Shown one piece after another: positions 38,428 through 51,339 of a stretch of DNA of 64,000 bases. Position numbers and translations under genes: made by a program. The stretch comes from Pristiophorus japonicus. Its lineage: Eukaryota. Below the pieces are notes generated by a model that saw only the letters and a list, made by a program, of their open reading frames with translations, was not told where the DNA came from and searched no databases. Where the stretch lies: the NCBI RefSeq assembly GCF_044704955.1, contig NC_091998.1, positions 58,962,001-59,026,000 of the forward strand, given 5' to 3'. Positions within the stretch are counted from its first letter, which is position 1. Each line of letters opens with the position of its first letter.

Positions 38428-39601
38428 TTTTGAGTTTTCTTTCAAACACATTAGTTTCCTTTTTCATTTTCACACATTTCCTTAAAAATGTTGTTTGGGG
38501 TAAAAAAAAATGAAGCACGCACCATTGCTGCAGTAGGAAAAGCTCTTCCATTCCCAACTGATTCTTTGCAATCTCCACAGTCTCGCGTTTGCTCACTTTT
38601 CTCACCCTCTGTTGGGCAGCTCCAGAATGTTTGTTTTTACATTCTCTCCTGAAGAAAGAAAGACTTCCATTTCTATCGTCGCTTCCACCAGCTCAGGACG
38701 TCCCAAAGCCCTTCGCAGTCAATGAACCATTGTAATGTGGGAAACACAGCAGCCAAATTCCGCACAGCAAGCTCCAAAAACAGCAGTGCAGATAATGAGC
38801 AGATAATCTGATAGTTAGTGATGTTGATTGAGGGATAAATAATGGCCAGGACACCAGGAAAGCTCCCCCTGCTTTTCTTCAAATGGCACCGTGGGACCTT
38901 TTCTATGCACCTGAGAGGTGGGCCCTCACTTTAACCTCTCATTCAAAAGACGGCCCCTCCGGCAGTGCAGCACTGGGTGTCAGCCTGGATTGTATGCTGA
39001 AGTCTCCGGACTGGAGCTCCGGGACTGAGACGAGAGTGCTGCCACTGAGCCAAGGCTGACACTCGGCAGTATTGGGGGAGGTGCTGCATTCTTGGTCAGG
39101 TGCAGTTTCACAGGCGCTGACCATATTTCTCTATCTCAGCTAAGTGACCATTCTTTGTGTATGTATACCAACAGTGTGGGGGTTGTTTCAGCTAAAGGAT
39201 AAAACCAGGCTCTAAATGGGTGAAACGCTAATAATAAATGGGTGACAATTTTGGTCCTAATTGCTGATGACCATAATTGGAACTTATGGCTGATTACCAT
39301 AATTGGAGGCGCTAAACCAGAAACCATCAGGTTTAGCACAAGTGTTGATTCGATGCAATTTTAGTGAAGCAGTATATGTGGGCTCCTCGCATCCAATTCC
39401 ACGGAAGGCAAGGCGTGTGCTGACTGGCACACAGTGACACGTTGCAGGATGGCTTGGACTGAGGGAGGGGGCACGCAGGTTTGTAAGAAATCTTTAAACC
39501 CAAAGAAATTGCAAGTTATAAAAGGGATAATAATTCTGCAAAGAGTAGTCTGCCAACTCAACAGATGAGGGCTCAACAACAACAACAAATTCTATTTATA
39601 T

Positions 39602-42600
39602 CATCATCATAGGCAGTCCCTCGGAATCGAGGCAGACTTGCTTCCACTCCTAAAGTGAGTCCTTTGGTGGCTGAACCATCGTACACGAGAGCCCCAGACC
39701 CTGTCACAGGGTGGGACAGACATTTGTCGGGGGAAGTGGGGGTGGGACTGATTTACCACATGCTCCTTCCGCTGCCTGCGCCTGACCACTTTTACATTCG
39801 TGGCGTTGAGATTCGAAGAGCTCAATGCCCTCCCGGATGCACTTTCTCCATCTCAGGCGGTCTTGGGCCAGGGACTCCCAGGTGTCAGTGGTGATATCGC
39901 ACTTTACCAGGAAGGCTTTGAGGGTGTCCTTGTAACGTTTCCGCTGCCCAGCTTTGGCTCATTTGCCGTGAAGTAGCTCCGCATAGAGAAATTGCTTAGG
40001 GAGTCTCGTGTCTGGCATGCGAAATATGTGGCCTGCCCAGCGAAGCTGATCGAGTGTGGTCAGTGCTTCAATGCTGAGAATATTAGCCTGGGCAAGGACA
40101 CTGATGTTGGTGCGCCTGTCTTCCCAGGGGATTTGCAGGATCTTGCGGAGACATCGTTGGTGATATATCTCCAGCAACTTAAGGTGTCTTCTGTACATCG
40201 TCCATGCCTCTGATCCATTCAGGAGGGTGGCTATTATGACAGCCCTGTAGACCATGAGCTTGGTGATAGAATTGAGGGCCTGGTCTTCGAACACTCTTTT
40301 CCTCGGGCAGCCAAAGGCTGCACTGGCGCACTGGAGGCGATGTTGAATCTCCACTTCAATGTCTGCCTTTGTTGATAAAAGGCTCTCGAGGTATGGGAAG
40401 TGATCCACATTGTCGAGGGCCGCGCCATTAATCTTGATGACTGGGGGGGCAGTGCTGTGCGGCGAGGACAGGCTGGTGGAGGACCTTTATCTTACGGATG
40501 TTAAGTGTAAGGCCCATGCTTTCATATGCCTCGGTGAATACATCGACTATATCCTGGAGTTCAGCCTCAGAACGTGCGCAGGCGCAGGCGTCGTCTGCGT
40601 ACTGCAGCTCAACAACAGAGGTTGGGATTATCTTGGACCTGGCCTGGAGGCGGCGTAGGTTAAACAGCTTCGCACTGGTTCTGTAGATCCACTCCAGCGG
40701 GGAGCTTGTTGACTGTGAGGTTGAGCATGGCAATGAGGAAGATTGAGAAGAGGGTTGGAGCGATGACACAGTCCTGTTTGACTCCGGTCCGGACGTGGAT
40801 TGAGTCTGTAATGGAACCACTGGTAAGGATCACGGCCTGCCTGTCGTCGTGGAGCAGGCGAAGGATGTTGACAAACTTTTGGGGGCATCTAAAATGGAGG
40901 AGAATGCTCCACATGCCCTCATGATTGACAATGTCAAAGCCTTTGTAAGGTTGAAAAAGGCCATGTATAACGGCTGGCACTGCTCCCTGCATTTTTTCTG
41001 CAGCTGTCGCGCTGCAAAGATCATGTCTGTTGTGCCCCATAGAGGTCGAAATCCGCACTCTAATTCTGGGAGGAGCTCCTCGGCCACAGGGAGAAGTCGA
41101 TTGAGGAGAACTCTAGCGACAACCTTCCCAGTGGCTGATAACAGGGAGATTCCCCTGTAGTTGCCGCAGTCGGACTTGACCTTTTTAAAGATGGTCACGA
41201 TCGCTGCATCTCTGAGATCTCCCGGCATGCTCTCCTCCCTCCAAATGAGAGAGATGAAGTCATGTATCCGCACCAACAGCGCCTCTCCACCATACCTTAA
41301 AGCTTCAGCAGCAATTCCATCTGCACCCGTAGACATGTTATTTTTGTTTTGTTTTATGGCTTTGCCTACCTCATGCAGCATTGGCGTTTCACTGAGGTGG
41401 TGTCGGGTCGCATTCTGCGGGATGGAGTTGAGGACAATCGAGTCAAAGGCAGAGTCTCGATTGAGGAGATCTTCAAAGTGCTCCTTCCAGCGGTCCCTGA
41501 CAGCCCCGGTGTCCTTGATGAGTGTTTCCCCGTTCTTGGCCAGGAGTGGGGTGTGGCCTTGGGAGTTTGGACCGTAGGCGGCTTTGGACCATAGGCGGCG
41601 TTGACTGCAATGAAGAATCCTCGCATATCGTGGCTGTCGGCCAGTTGTTGTATCTCCTGTGCTTTCTCCATCCACCACCTGTTCTTTAGGTCCCGGGTTT
41701 TTTGTTGGACCTCAGCCTTGAGCCGTCTGTAATGTTGTTTTGCAACTCCCGAGTTGGGGTGTTACTTGAGGCTCAGAAATGCTCTCTGCTTATGATCTAT
41801 TAGTTCTTGGATCTCCTGATCATTTTTATCAAACCAGTCCTGGTGCTTTCTGGTTGAGTAACCAAGTGTCTCTTCACAGGCACTGGTTATGGAGACCTGG
41901 AGGGAAGACCAAGCACTGTGCGCATTCAGCAACTCAGGGTATTCAAGGCACGCCAGATTAGCTGTGAGGCACTGGCTGTATACGGCTCTCTTAGCTGGGT
42001 TTTTAAGTGTCCTGGTATTAACTTTTTTGGCACTGCTTCTGCTGTCCCCTCTGCTTTGGGGTTATGTTTATATCGATGATGGATCGGATAAGGCGATGGC
42101 CGTCGAGCAGTCGTCAACTTCTGTCATGGCGCGGGTTATGCGCATAACCTTGCGATCCCTGGCTCGGATGATGACATCGTCAAGCAGGTGCCAGTGTTTG
42201 GAGCAAGGGTGTTGCCACGATGCTCTGTATTGTCCCTCAGGTGGAGCAGGCTGTTGGTGATGAGGAGTTTATGTTCTAGACATTTTGTCAGGAGTAGGGT
42301 ACCGCTGGAGTTGGCTTTCGCTACCCCCTCTCGGCCAATCACACCTCCCCAGAGGGCTGAATCTTTGTCGACCCTGGCATTAAAGTCATCTAGAAGGATC
42401 AATTTCTCGCTCATTGGGACGTGGGACAGGGATGTCTCGAGGTTGGAATTAAAAACTCTCTTTAGCCTCATCCGTTGCATCGAGTGTTGGGGCGTACACA
42501 CTGATGACAGTGGCGCATTGGTTCTGGGATCGGGTATGGCGAAGAGTCATGAAGTGTTCATTAACCCCGCAGGGGAAATCTTTGAGGCGGTTGACCAGTT

Positions 42601-44194
42601 GATTTTTGACGGCAAAGCCAACCCCATGAAGGCGGTGTTCTTCCTCTGGTTTTCCTTTCCAGAAAATGGTGTAACCTCCACCATGTTCCTTGATCTGGCC
42701 TTTCCCTGCCCGCCTGGTCTCACTTGGGGCGGCGATGTCAATGTCAAATCCTCTAAGTTCCCGGGCATCTATGGCCGTGCGGCGTTCCAGCCTGTTCCTG
42801 TTGTAATTGTCCATGAGGTTGCTGACGTTCCAGGTCTCGAACTTCATAGTTACGAAGTGGAAAATGCCTGTGCGTGAGTTCTTTTAACGTGGTGTGGCCG
42901 CTGCACACCGGCAACCACTCGGGCTTAGCTGAGCAGGGTCTTGGTTCGGCGGAAAGGGGGTTTAAGACGACTGGAGACTAGGCACTGCTGTATAAGCCTA
43001 ATTGCCTACGGCGAGGTGTTGGTCGCAAGCTCAGCGCCGAGTAGTGCCATTGATGGTAGATGGCCCGAGGCTTGGTTGGGGGATAGGTGTTAGGAAGGTC
43101 AGCAGTCCACTGGGGTTCCGAGGGATGTTTTGGAAAGTTTCTTCCAAGGTTAAAAATTTCCCCAAAGGTTTCCAAGTTGTTTTCAATGTTTGAATTTAGA
43201 AGTATTTCCAGATTATTTTTTTTAAAGTTACACAGGTTGATTGAAGGTTTAATAAATAGATTAATAGTTCGTTAAAAGTTGATTAAAAAAACTCTAAACT
43301 GTAAATCAAGTTGTTTAAAAGTTAATGTTCACTGCTAGCGACCGAGGGCAGATACAGCCCGTCGGTGTGCCGGGCTGGCTGATTTAGGTGACCCCGAGTG
43401 CGAGGCTGGGTCAGGCCGGCTGGCCGAAGGGACCCAGAGTGCGTCGTTGGGCTGGGCTGGCTGGCCGAAGGGACCCGGAGTGTGTGGTTGGGCGGGGCCG
43501 GCTGGCCGAAGGGACCCGGAGTGTGTCGTTGGGCCGGGCCGGCTGGCCGAAGGGACCGGGAGTGTGTCGTTGGGCCGGTCCGGCTGGCCGAAGGGACCCG
43601 GAGTGTGTCGTTGGGCGGGGCCGGCTGGCCGAAGGGCTGGCTGAATGTACTCCCATGATGTACAAAGACCTGGATGGACCACACCTGGAGCACTGCGGGG
43701 AAGTAGAGGCCCAGTCATCTCCAGAGGGGGCCCGAACGCCTGGACACCGCTGGGGAGAGGTTTCAACACTGCTGGGAGGCCAAACACCTTGGCCCGCTGC
43801 AATCCCGGGCCGAATGGCCTCCCCGCTCCCGGCCCGCGTAAAGCCGATTAGTAAACATCCACAGGGGTCTTAGCACTGAACCAAGCGGCTCCAAGCTCAG
43901 ATCCCAGGAACTGCAAGAGGGGTATAAATGAAAAAGCTGACAAGGCCCTAGCACAGACGGTGGAGTGAAGGGCTCCCGAGAGTGGATCTATGGCCTAACA
44001 CTCTTCCACCAGTGGACCCATGCTGACCCGAGTCTAACTCTTGACGGCAACCCCTCCGGCCTAGCGACCCCTCCACTCACTGCACCCTCCCTCCTCTCTG
44101 CAGCCTGGTACCGCAGGCCTATACATTCGACAGCCACTCCTGAGATATCCGCAGCCTCTCCTGAGCTATCCGCACCCACCGGCCAATCTCCTAG
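39602..44194 (-). mobile_element. RTE-clade LINE (unit 3 copy)
   Basis: Same element; TSD 39592-39601 / 44195-44204. Confidence 0.9.
43418..43636. repeat. 41-bp minisatellite (5 full units + partial)
   Basis: Units at 43418, 43459, 43500, 43541, 43582 and 43623. Confidence 0.9.
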
Positions 44195-47100
44195 CTATTT
44201 ATATAGCGCCTTTAACATAGTGAAACGTCCCAAGGTGCTTCACAGGAGAATTATGAGATTTTTAACAATTTGACACTGGGCCACATATGTATAAATTAGC
44301 TCAGGTAACCAAAAGCTTGGACAAAGAGGTAGGTTTTAAGGAGCATCTTGAAGGAGGAAAGAGAGGCGGAGAGGTTTAGCCAGGGAGTTTCAGAGCTTGA
44401 GGTCTAAGCAATAGAAGACTCGGCCACAAATAGTTGAGTGATTATGATCAGGGATGCTCAAGAGGTCAGAATTAGAGGAGCACAGACATCTCAGGGGTTG
44501 TGGGGCTGGAGGAGATTACAGAGATCGAGAGTAGATAGGCTATAAAAGGATTTGAAAATAAGGATGAACATTTTCAAATCCAGGCATTGCTTAACTGGAA
44601 GCCAATGTAGATCAGCAAGTACAGGGTTGATGGGCGAGTGGGACTTGGTGCGAGTTAGAATGAGTTTTGGATCACTCTATTTTACCATAGGGGAGAATGT
44701 GGGAGGCCAGCCAGTAGTGGGTTGCAATAGTCAAGTCTAGAGGTAACAAAGGCATGGATGAGGGCTTCAGCAGTGGAGGAGCTGAGGTAGAGGCAGAGAT
44801 GAGTGATGTTACAGAAGTGGAAATAGGCGGTCTTCGTTATGCTGCAGATACGTGGTCGAGAGCTCATTTCAGGGTCAAAGATGACACCAAGGTTGTGAAC
44901 AGTCTGGTTCAGCCTCAGACAGAAGTTGGGGAGAGGCATGGAGTCAGTGGCTAAGGAACGGAGTTTGTGCCGGGGACTGAAAACAATGGCTTCAGTCTTC
45001 CCAATATTCAATTGAAGAAAGTTCTGCTCATCCGGAACTGGATCTTGGACAAGCAGTCTAACATTTTGGAGACTGTGGAGGGGTCGAGAGAAGTGTTGGT
45101 GAGTTAAAGCTGGGTGTCATCAGCCTACTTGTGGAAACTGACGCTGTGTTTTCGGATGATGTCGCCAAGAGGCAGCATGTAGATGAGAAATAGGAGGGGG
45201 CCAAGGATAGATCCTTGGGGGACACCAGAGGTAACGATGTGGGGGAGGGAAGAGAAGCCATGGCAGGTGATTCTCTGGCTACGATTAGATAGATTAGAAC
45301 GGAACCAAACGAGTGCAGTCCCACCCAGCTGGACGGTGGTGGAGAGGCATTGGAGAAGATGGAATGGTCAACCGTGTTAAAGGCTGCAGACAGGTCAAGA
45401 AGGATGAGGAGGGATAGTTTGCCTTTGTCACAGTCACAGTCTTGCTGGTATTATTGAGTTATCTTAGCCCAGCCTTTTTAATGACTGATAGTTTCTGGGA
45501 AATAAAATGTTTGATTTTATTTTTATCTATTGAAAACGCCCAAGTTCCCGCTCACTCCTCCCTTCCAGCCCTGACCTCATTCCTGCTACTTCAGGCGAGA
45601 GACAAATTTGAAAATTTAAATGAAGCCTCCCTCCTCACCATCAGAATATTTTCCAATTACGGTTGTTGGAGTGTTAGTCTCTTTTTGGGGGGACTTAACA
45701 GCAAACTGCTTGCCAGTGAAATCTCAGGGTTGATTTTAACTCGGGCGGGATGAGGGGAGCCCGGAGCGGGCGGTGCACCTATACATCATGAAGGAAGTGA
45801 GGCCTGACTGATTTTAACCCCTCCCGCACACCGTTCCTGCGCAGCAGGGTGGGGTTAACATCGACCCACCCCCACCCCCCCCCCCACATGTTTTGTGCCA
45901 TTCATTTCAACTTTAGCTTTGCCCGATGGCTCAGTTGGTAAAGGCAACATGAAGCTGAGCTGTACAGACCAGAGTGGTCTGAGGATTGAGCCCCAGTTTG
46001 TGCTGGGTTAGTTGATCCCACTAGGGGTAGCAGCAGGGATGTTATGATTGGCCTAACGGCCTCTGGATTAGGGAGGGTTCCCATTCCCATTCACTGTCCA
46101 GCAATCCTTGCTGGGAAGGGTGGGTGTGTTGACGTTTGATGAGGACAGGATCCGACTCGCCTGCTTACTGTCTGGGATCACACATGAGACCACTGGGGCA
46201 AGATATCTGAGGGCAGATACTGTACCTCAGCAAGAGTCGATGCCGTCAAGAGGGAAGGAAAGGGGAGAATTGATTTAAAAATGTAAACCCCACAAAGTTG
46301 TTGGGGATAATTTTCTGGCAATGTGTTCCTAGCTCGAGACTCACCAACAGGGGATCAAATATTGGACGTTTGTGCGCGAACTTCATGATTTACCGACCAT
46401 TTACAATAATGATTTGTTAATCAAGCACAGTGCGTCCCCAGATTTTTGATATAACCATTTTACTTATTTTCATAAATTGCAGGCTTTTCATCATTTCACG
46501 TTGTGGTAAACCTCTTGTGTTACACTGTGCGGAGACTAGTGGCAAAGGAATTAAAACTTTCCATTAAGAAAGCAGCATGTGTCACTGTTTTATGGGAGAT
46601 AGGGCTCAGGTAGGTGAAACAACGGCAGCAGTTAGGCCATGAACTCTTGCACCGCCGTTGGTCCCAATTTTAACTCGGGCAGGAATTGCGTGCTTCAGGA
46701 GAATGGCAAACATATTTGAACTCAGGGCCTTACCTACGAGCAGGATTATAATCGCCCTGAAGTGTTTCCGGGGTGGGGCAAGCCTAGAAATATCCAGCAG
46801 CTCTTCCGGAACCTGTTCTGAGAAAGGATAGGTTAATGCGTCCGTTGTTCAGCAGAACATGGTTGCCTCGGGAAGCATTAACTTGGCTTTTCTCATCACC
46901 GATTGTGATAGACCTGCTGTGTATTTCAGGCATTATTGTTTCTTTTTCAGATTTCCAGCATTCCTTATGTTTCTCATTTTAGAGACGGGTGCCACACAAT
47001 TTCTCAGGAATTTACTCTGTGGGCGACTGTTGGAACCCCCATAGAATAGCGCTAGACCTAGTTACATAGGAATAGGGGGAGGCCATTCAGCCCCTCGAGC

Positions 47101-47709
47101 CTGCTCCGCCATTCACTTAGATCATGGCTGATCTGCACCTCACCTCCATTTCCCTTTCCTCCATATCCCTTGATTCCCATACCGAACAACAATCTCCCGA
47201 TCTCAGCCTTGAAAGCTTCAATTAACATCCACAGCCTTTTGGGGGAAAGGTGGCCCAGATTTCTACTATTCTTTGAAAAAGTGCTTCATGATTTCCCTCT
47301 AATTAGTTCTAATGTTGAGGTTGTGCTTCCTTGTTCAGGACTCGCCCGCCAGAGGACATAGTTATCTACCCTATCAACCCCTTTAATAATAAACACCTCG
47401 ATCAGATCACTCCCTCTATACAAGCCAGAGGTATGAAACCTGTTCTCAGAATGTAACCCTCTCAGCTTCGGGATCATTCTGGTGAATCTGCGTGGGGTCT
47501 TTGCCATTCTGGCCATTTGAATTCCCGTCACATGGGCGGTCGGCTGCCAAAGATGCGGCCAAAATGGCAACCTGCTCAACAAACTCCAGGGGTGTCACCA
47601 ATGGCAAGCCTAACAGGAGCAAGTGCGGCTCTCTCTGACACATTCGCACCGAATGGTAGAAAATGAAACACCTTTAACATCAGGCACTCCCACGGTAGGT
47701 AAGGAACAG

Positions 47710-48285
47710 GTTAGATACAGAGTAATGTTCCCTCTACACTGTCCCATTAAACACTCCCAGGGCAGGTACAGCACGGGGTTAGATAGAGAGTAATGCTCCC
47801 TCTACACTGTCACATCAAACACTCCCAGGGCTGGTAGAGCAAGGGGTTAGATACAGAGTAAAGCTCCCTCTACACTGTCTTATTAAACACTCCCAGGGTA
47901 GGTACAGCACGGGATTAGATACAGAGTAAAGCTCCCTCTACACTGTCCCATCATACACTCCCAGGGCAGGTACAGCACGGGTTAGGTAGTGAGTAAAGCC
48001 CCCTCTACACTGTCCCATTAAACATTCCCAAGGCATGTACAGCACGGGTTAGATACAGAGTACAGCTCCCTCTACACTGTCCCATCAAACACTCCCAGGA
48101 CAGGTACAGCATGGGTTAGATACAGAGTAAAGCTCCCTCTACACTGTCCCATCAAACACTCCCAGGACAGGTACAGCACGGGTTAGATACAGAGTAAAGC
48201 ACCTTCTACACTGTCCCATCAAACACTCCCAGGGCAGGTACAGCACGGGTTACATACAGAGTAAAGCTCCCTGTATACTGTCCTG
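47710..48285. repeat. ~68-bp tandem repeat, 9 unit starts
   Basis: Same unit as 11300-11540; a longer array at the paralogous position upstream of copy 4. Confidence 0.9.
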
Positions 48286-51094
48286 TCAATGTACCTCCGA
48301 CCGAACTCTGAGAACATTGCTCACTGCCCAATAGAACCTAGTTCCATTCCCCATACCTCTCGTCCTGTCGTCCATCTGAGTGAGACTCAGTAAGAAGTTA
48401 GGCAATAGCAGCTCATTCGAAACTGGGTTGAGGCCTCATGTAACAAATAGTTTCACTCATCAGTTTTAGGTGCATTTGAAGGGGAATTTGTTTTTATTCC
48501 TATCATTCAGTCTGTCCAGAGTAAATGATCCGGTGCTCAGCACAAGTCAGGAGCAGGCAGCAGACATTTCCCCACAGCAAGATTTTCTATCCATTCATTT
48601 TGATGAACAGAAAATCATTTGATGCACATGTGCAATTTCACAATTATGTGCTCTCGTCCTGTGACTAGAACTTAGAAGTGGAATTCTTACCCTGACAACT
48701 GACTTCATTCAGTGTGACTCCCAATGGTGGAAGGTCAGTCTCTATCCCACTGCACCACCAATGGGCCATCCTCCAATCAGATCAGCTGGCAGACTATGTA
48801 CTCCTTAAATTAGATGCCTCAAGGTATACACGGTGAAACACAGAAACCTAGGCTGAGTGCTGAGGGAGCGCTGCATTGTTGGAGGTGACGTCTTTCGGAT
48901 GAGATGTCAAACCAAGTCTACTCTCTCAGGTTGACGTAACTGGCCCCATGGCACTATTTCAAAAAAGAGCAGGGGTGTTAACCCCAGTGTCCTGGCCAAT
49001 ATTTATCCCTCAATCAACATCACTAAAACAAATTATCTGGTCTTTATCACATTGCTGTTTATAGAAGTTTGCTGTGTGCAAAAATTGGCCGCATTTCCTA
49101 CATTACAACAGTGACTACACTTCAAAAAATACTGCATTGTAAAGCGCATTGGGGACCTTCGGTGGTCGTGAAAGACGCTATAGAAATGCAAGTCTTTCTT
49201 TATACAAGGGGAAGGAGTGTCTGGGAGTACTTTCACACCATGGGTCTGTGCACATTTACACAGATTGAGGATGAAATTGCACATGGGCGGTGTCTCACCG
49301 GTCTCCCGTTAAACCCTGGGCCCGATGGTCAGTTCCACTGACTTCATCAGAATTGAAATAAAAACAAAGAATGCTGGAAATCTCAGCGGGTCAGTAGAAT
49401 TGAATATCGGGTGCAACGGTCGGCAAATGCGATTCTGTCTGTTTTACGTCCCCCGCCCCACCCCATGTGCATCCCCCATCCCATAATAACCTCATGTGGT
49501 CCAACTGATCACACGTACTGTGGACGAGCGGGACGAGATGGGGAAGTTTATTGTGAGTGCGGTCACTGAGCTCAGTGAACGGACATGCTTCCTGGAAACT
49601 TTCCCTCAGGGCAAGTGTGATCTGTATTGTTCACTCGTCTGTAACCTCTGCAGAATGGTGCTGGCCGCTGCAATCCGGGCCGGGGAGGTGATACCGAGCT
49701 GTGTACTATTGGGTTACCCCGAAACATTGAATGGGTGGGGACCCATTGCACTTTTAAATGTGGCATTCCAGCTGTTTGAAAGACCGGATACATTTCCGGC
49801 TTTTGCAACCCTGAAACTGCCTCAGAGAAAGTCGCCTAACACAATAAACTTCGCTCAATAGATCAGCCACTCCTTCTGTTCGCTTGGACACTTGTTTTTT
49901 TATGTCAGCTCAGTGGGTCGCACATTCGCCTGTGAGTTGTGGGTTCAAGTCCCACTCCAGAAACTTGAGCACATAAATCTAGGCTGACACTGCAGTGCAG
50001 TGCTGAGGGAGCGCTGCACTGTCGGAGGTGCCGTATTTCCGATGAGACGTTAAACCGATTCCCCTTTGGTCCCTCAGGTGGATGTAAAAGATACCATGGT
50101 ATTATTTCGAAGAAGAGTAGGGGAGTAGGCCAGTGTCCTGGCCAATATTTATCACTCCATCAACATCACTAAAATACAGATTATCTGGTTATTATCACTT
50201 TGCTGTTTGTGGGAGCTTGCTGTGCGCAAATTGGCTGCCACATTTCCCACATTACAACAGTCACTACACTCCAAAAGTACTTCGTTGGCTGTAAAGCACT
50301 TTGAGACGTCCGGTGGCTGTGAAAGGCGCTATATAAATCCAAGTCTTTCATTTTCTTTTCGTGTCCTGTCTCCAGGGCAAGGCAGAAACTTATAGAATCA
50401 TACAACACAGAAGTAGGCCGTTCAGCCCATCGTCTCTTTGGAAGGGTTTTCTAATCCGTCCCAAGCCCTTCCCTTTCCCCAAAGCCTTGCACCTTTTTCC
50501 TTTCCAAATATTTATCCGATTCACTTTTAAAAATTATTATTGAATCTGTTTCCGCCGCCCTCTCAGGCAGAACATTCCAGACCACAACAACTCGCTGCGT
50601 AAAAAAAGTTCACCCCATCTCCCCTCTGGTTCTTTAGCCAATGATCTTAACTCTGTGTCCCCCCTCCACCTTATGGCCCACCAATCCTACCTTGGGCAAT
50701 ACACTGGCCATCCCCAGCGCAGACTGATTCTTTGATTTGCAGCCTCTGTTACTGAGACTGTCTGAATTGAGAAACACAACGAAATACTGCAGCTTGCTGG
50801 AAATCTGAAAATGCAAAGTGTGCCTGCTCGCCAGGTCAGGCAGCATGGGGCAAAAACCCTCCCCAGGCTGCAGCAGGGGTATTGGAGGGACGGAAAATTA
50901 CAGCTGCAGTGTGTGATGTGGCTGAGGTTCTGGGCCTCAGTATCATTACACTCAAAGGGTAAAATGCTGCCTGGATACCCTCAACACAGAACAAGTGTGG
51001 CCTTTACTTGTTAAACCTTATGGGGCTTAGCAGGCAGTGAAATGCTTTTGCTTTTCAAATTTGAATGGGTACCAGTGGCGAGAGGGTTAATTTC

Positions 51095-51219
51095 GGGAAT
51101 ATCCACACGCTGAGGAACTTCTCAAGACATTTCTGAAATAATGCACTACGCAATCCAAAAAATTCCATCCAGGGGAGACCCGCCCTGAGGGAGGAGCATG
51201 TGGAGGGCGCTGTGTATAA
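51095..51219 (+). promoter_or_regulatory. Putative IL-1b proximal promoter, copy 4
   Basis: GGGAATATCC 51095-51104 and TATAA 51215-51219. All motifs are retained although the DNA further upstream is diverged. Confidence 0.6.
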
Positions 51220-51339
51220 GACACGGGCTGAAGGCTGTTTGTCAGCACAGCGACACAGTAATCCTGACAATCTTGAGCACACCGCCAGATATAACCCAAA
51301 ACAACTGAGAGCGTCAAATCTACCGCGAAGACACGAGGC

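Noticed and set aside
1-45438. Whole array as a pure assembly artefact
   Set aside because: Units carry distinct SNPs, indels and three VNTR lengths, which is more than two haplotypes could supply. Not fully excluded without reads.
47710-48285. CRISPR-like regular repeats
   Set aside because: Contiguous tandem units without unique spacers, no cas genes, eukaryotic context.
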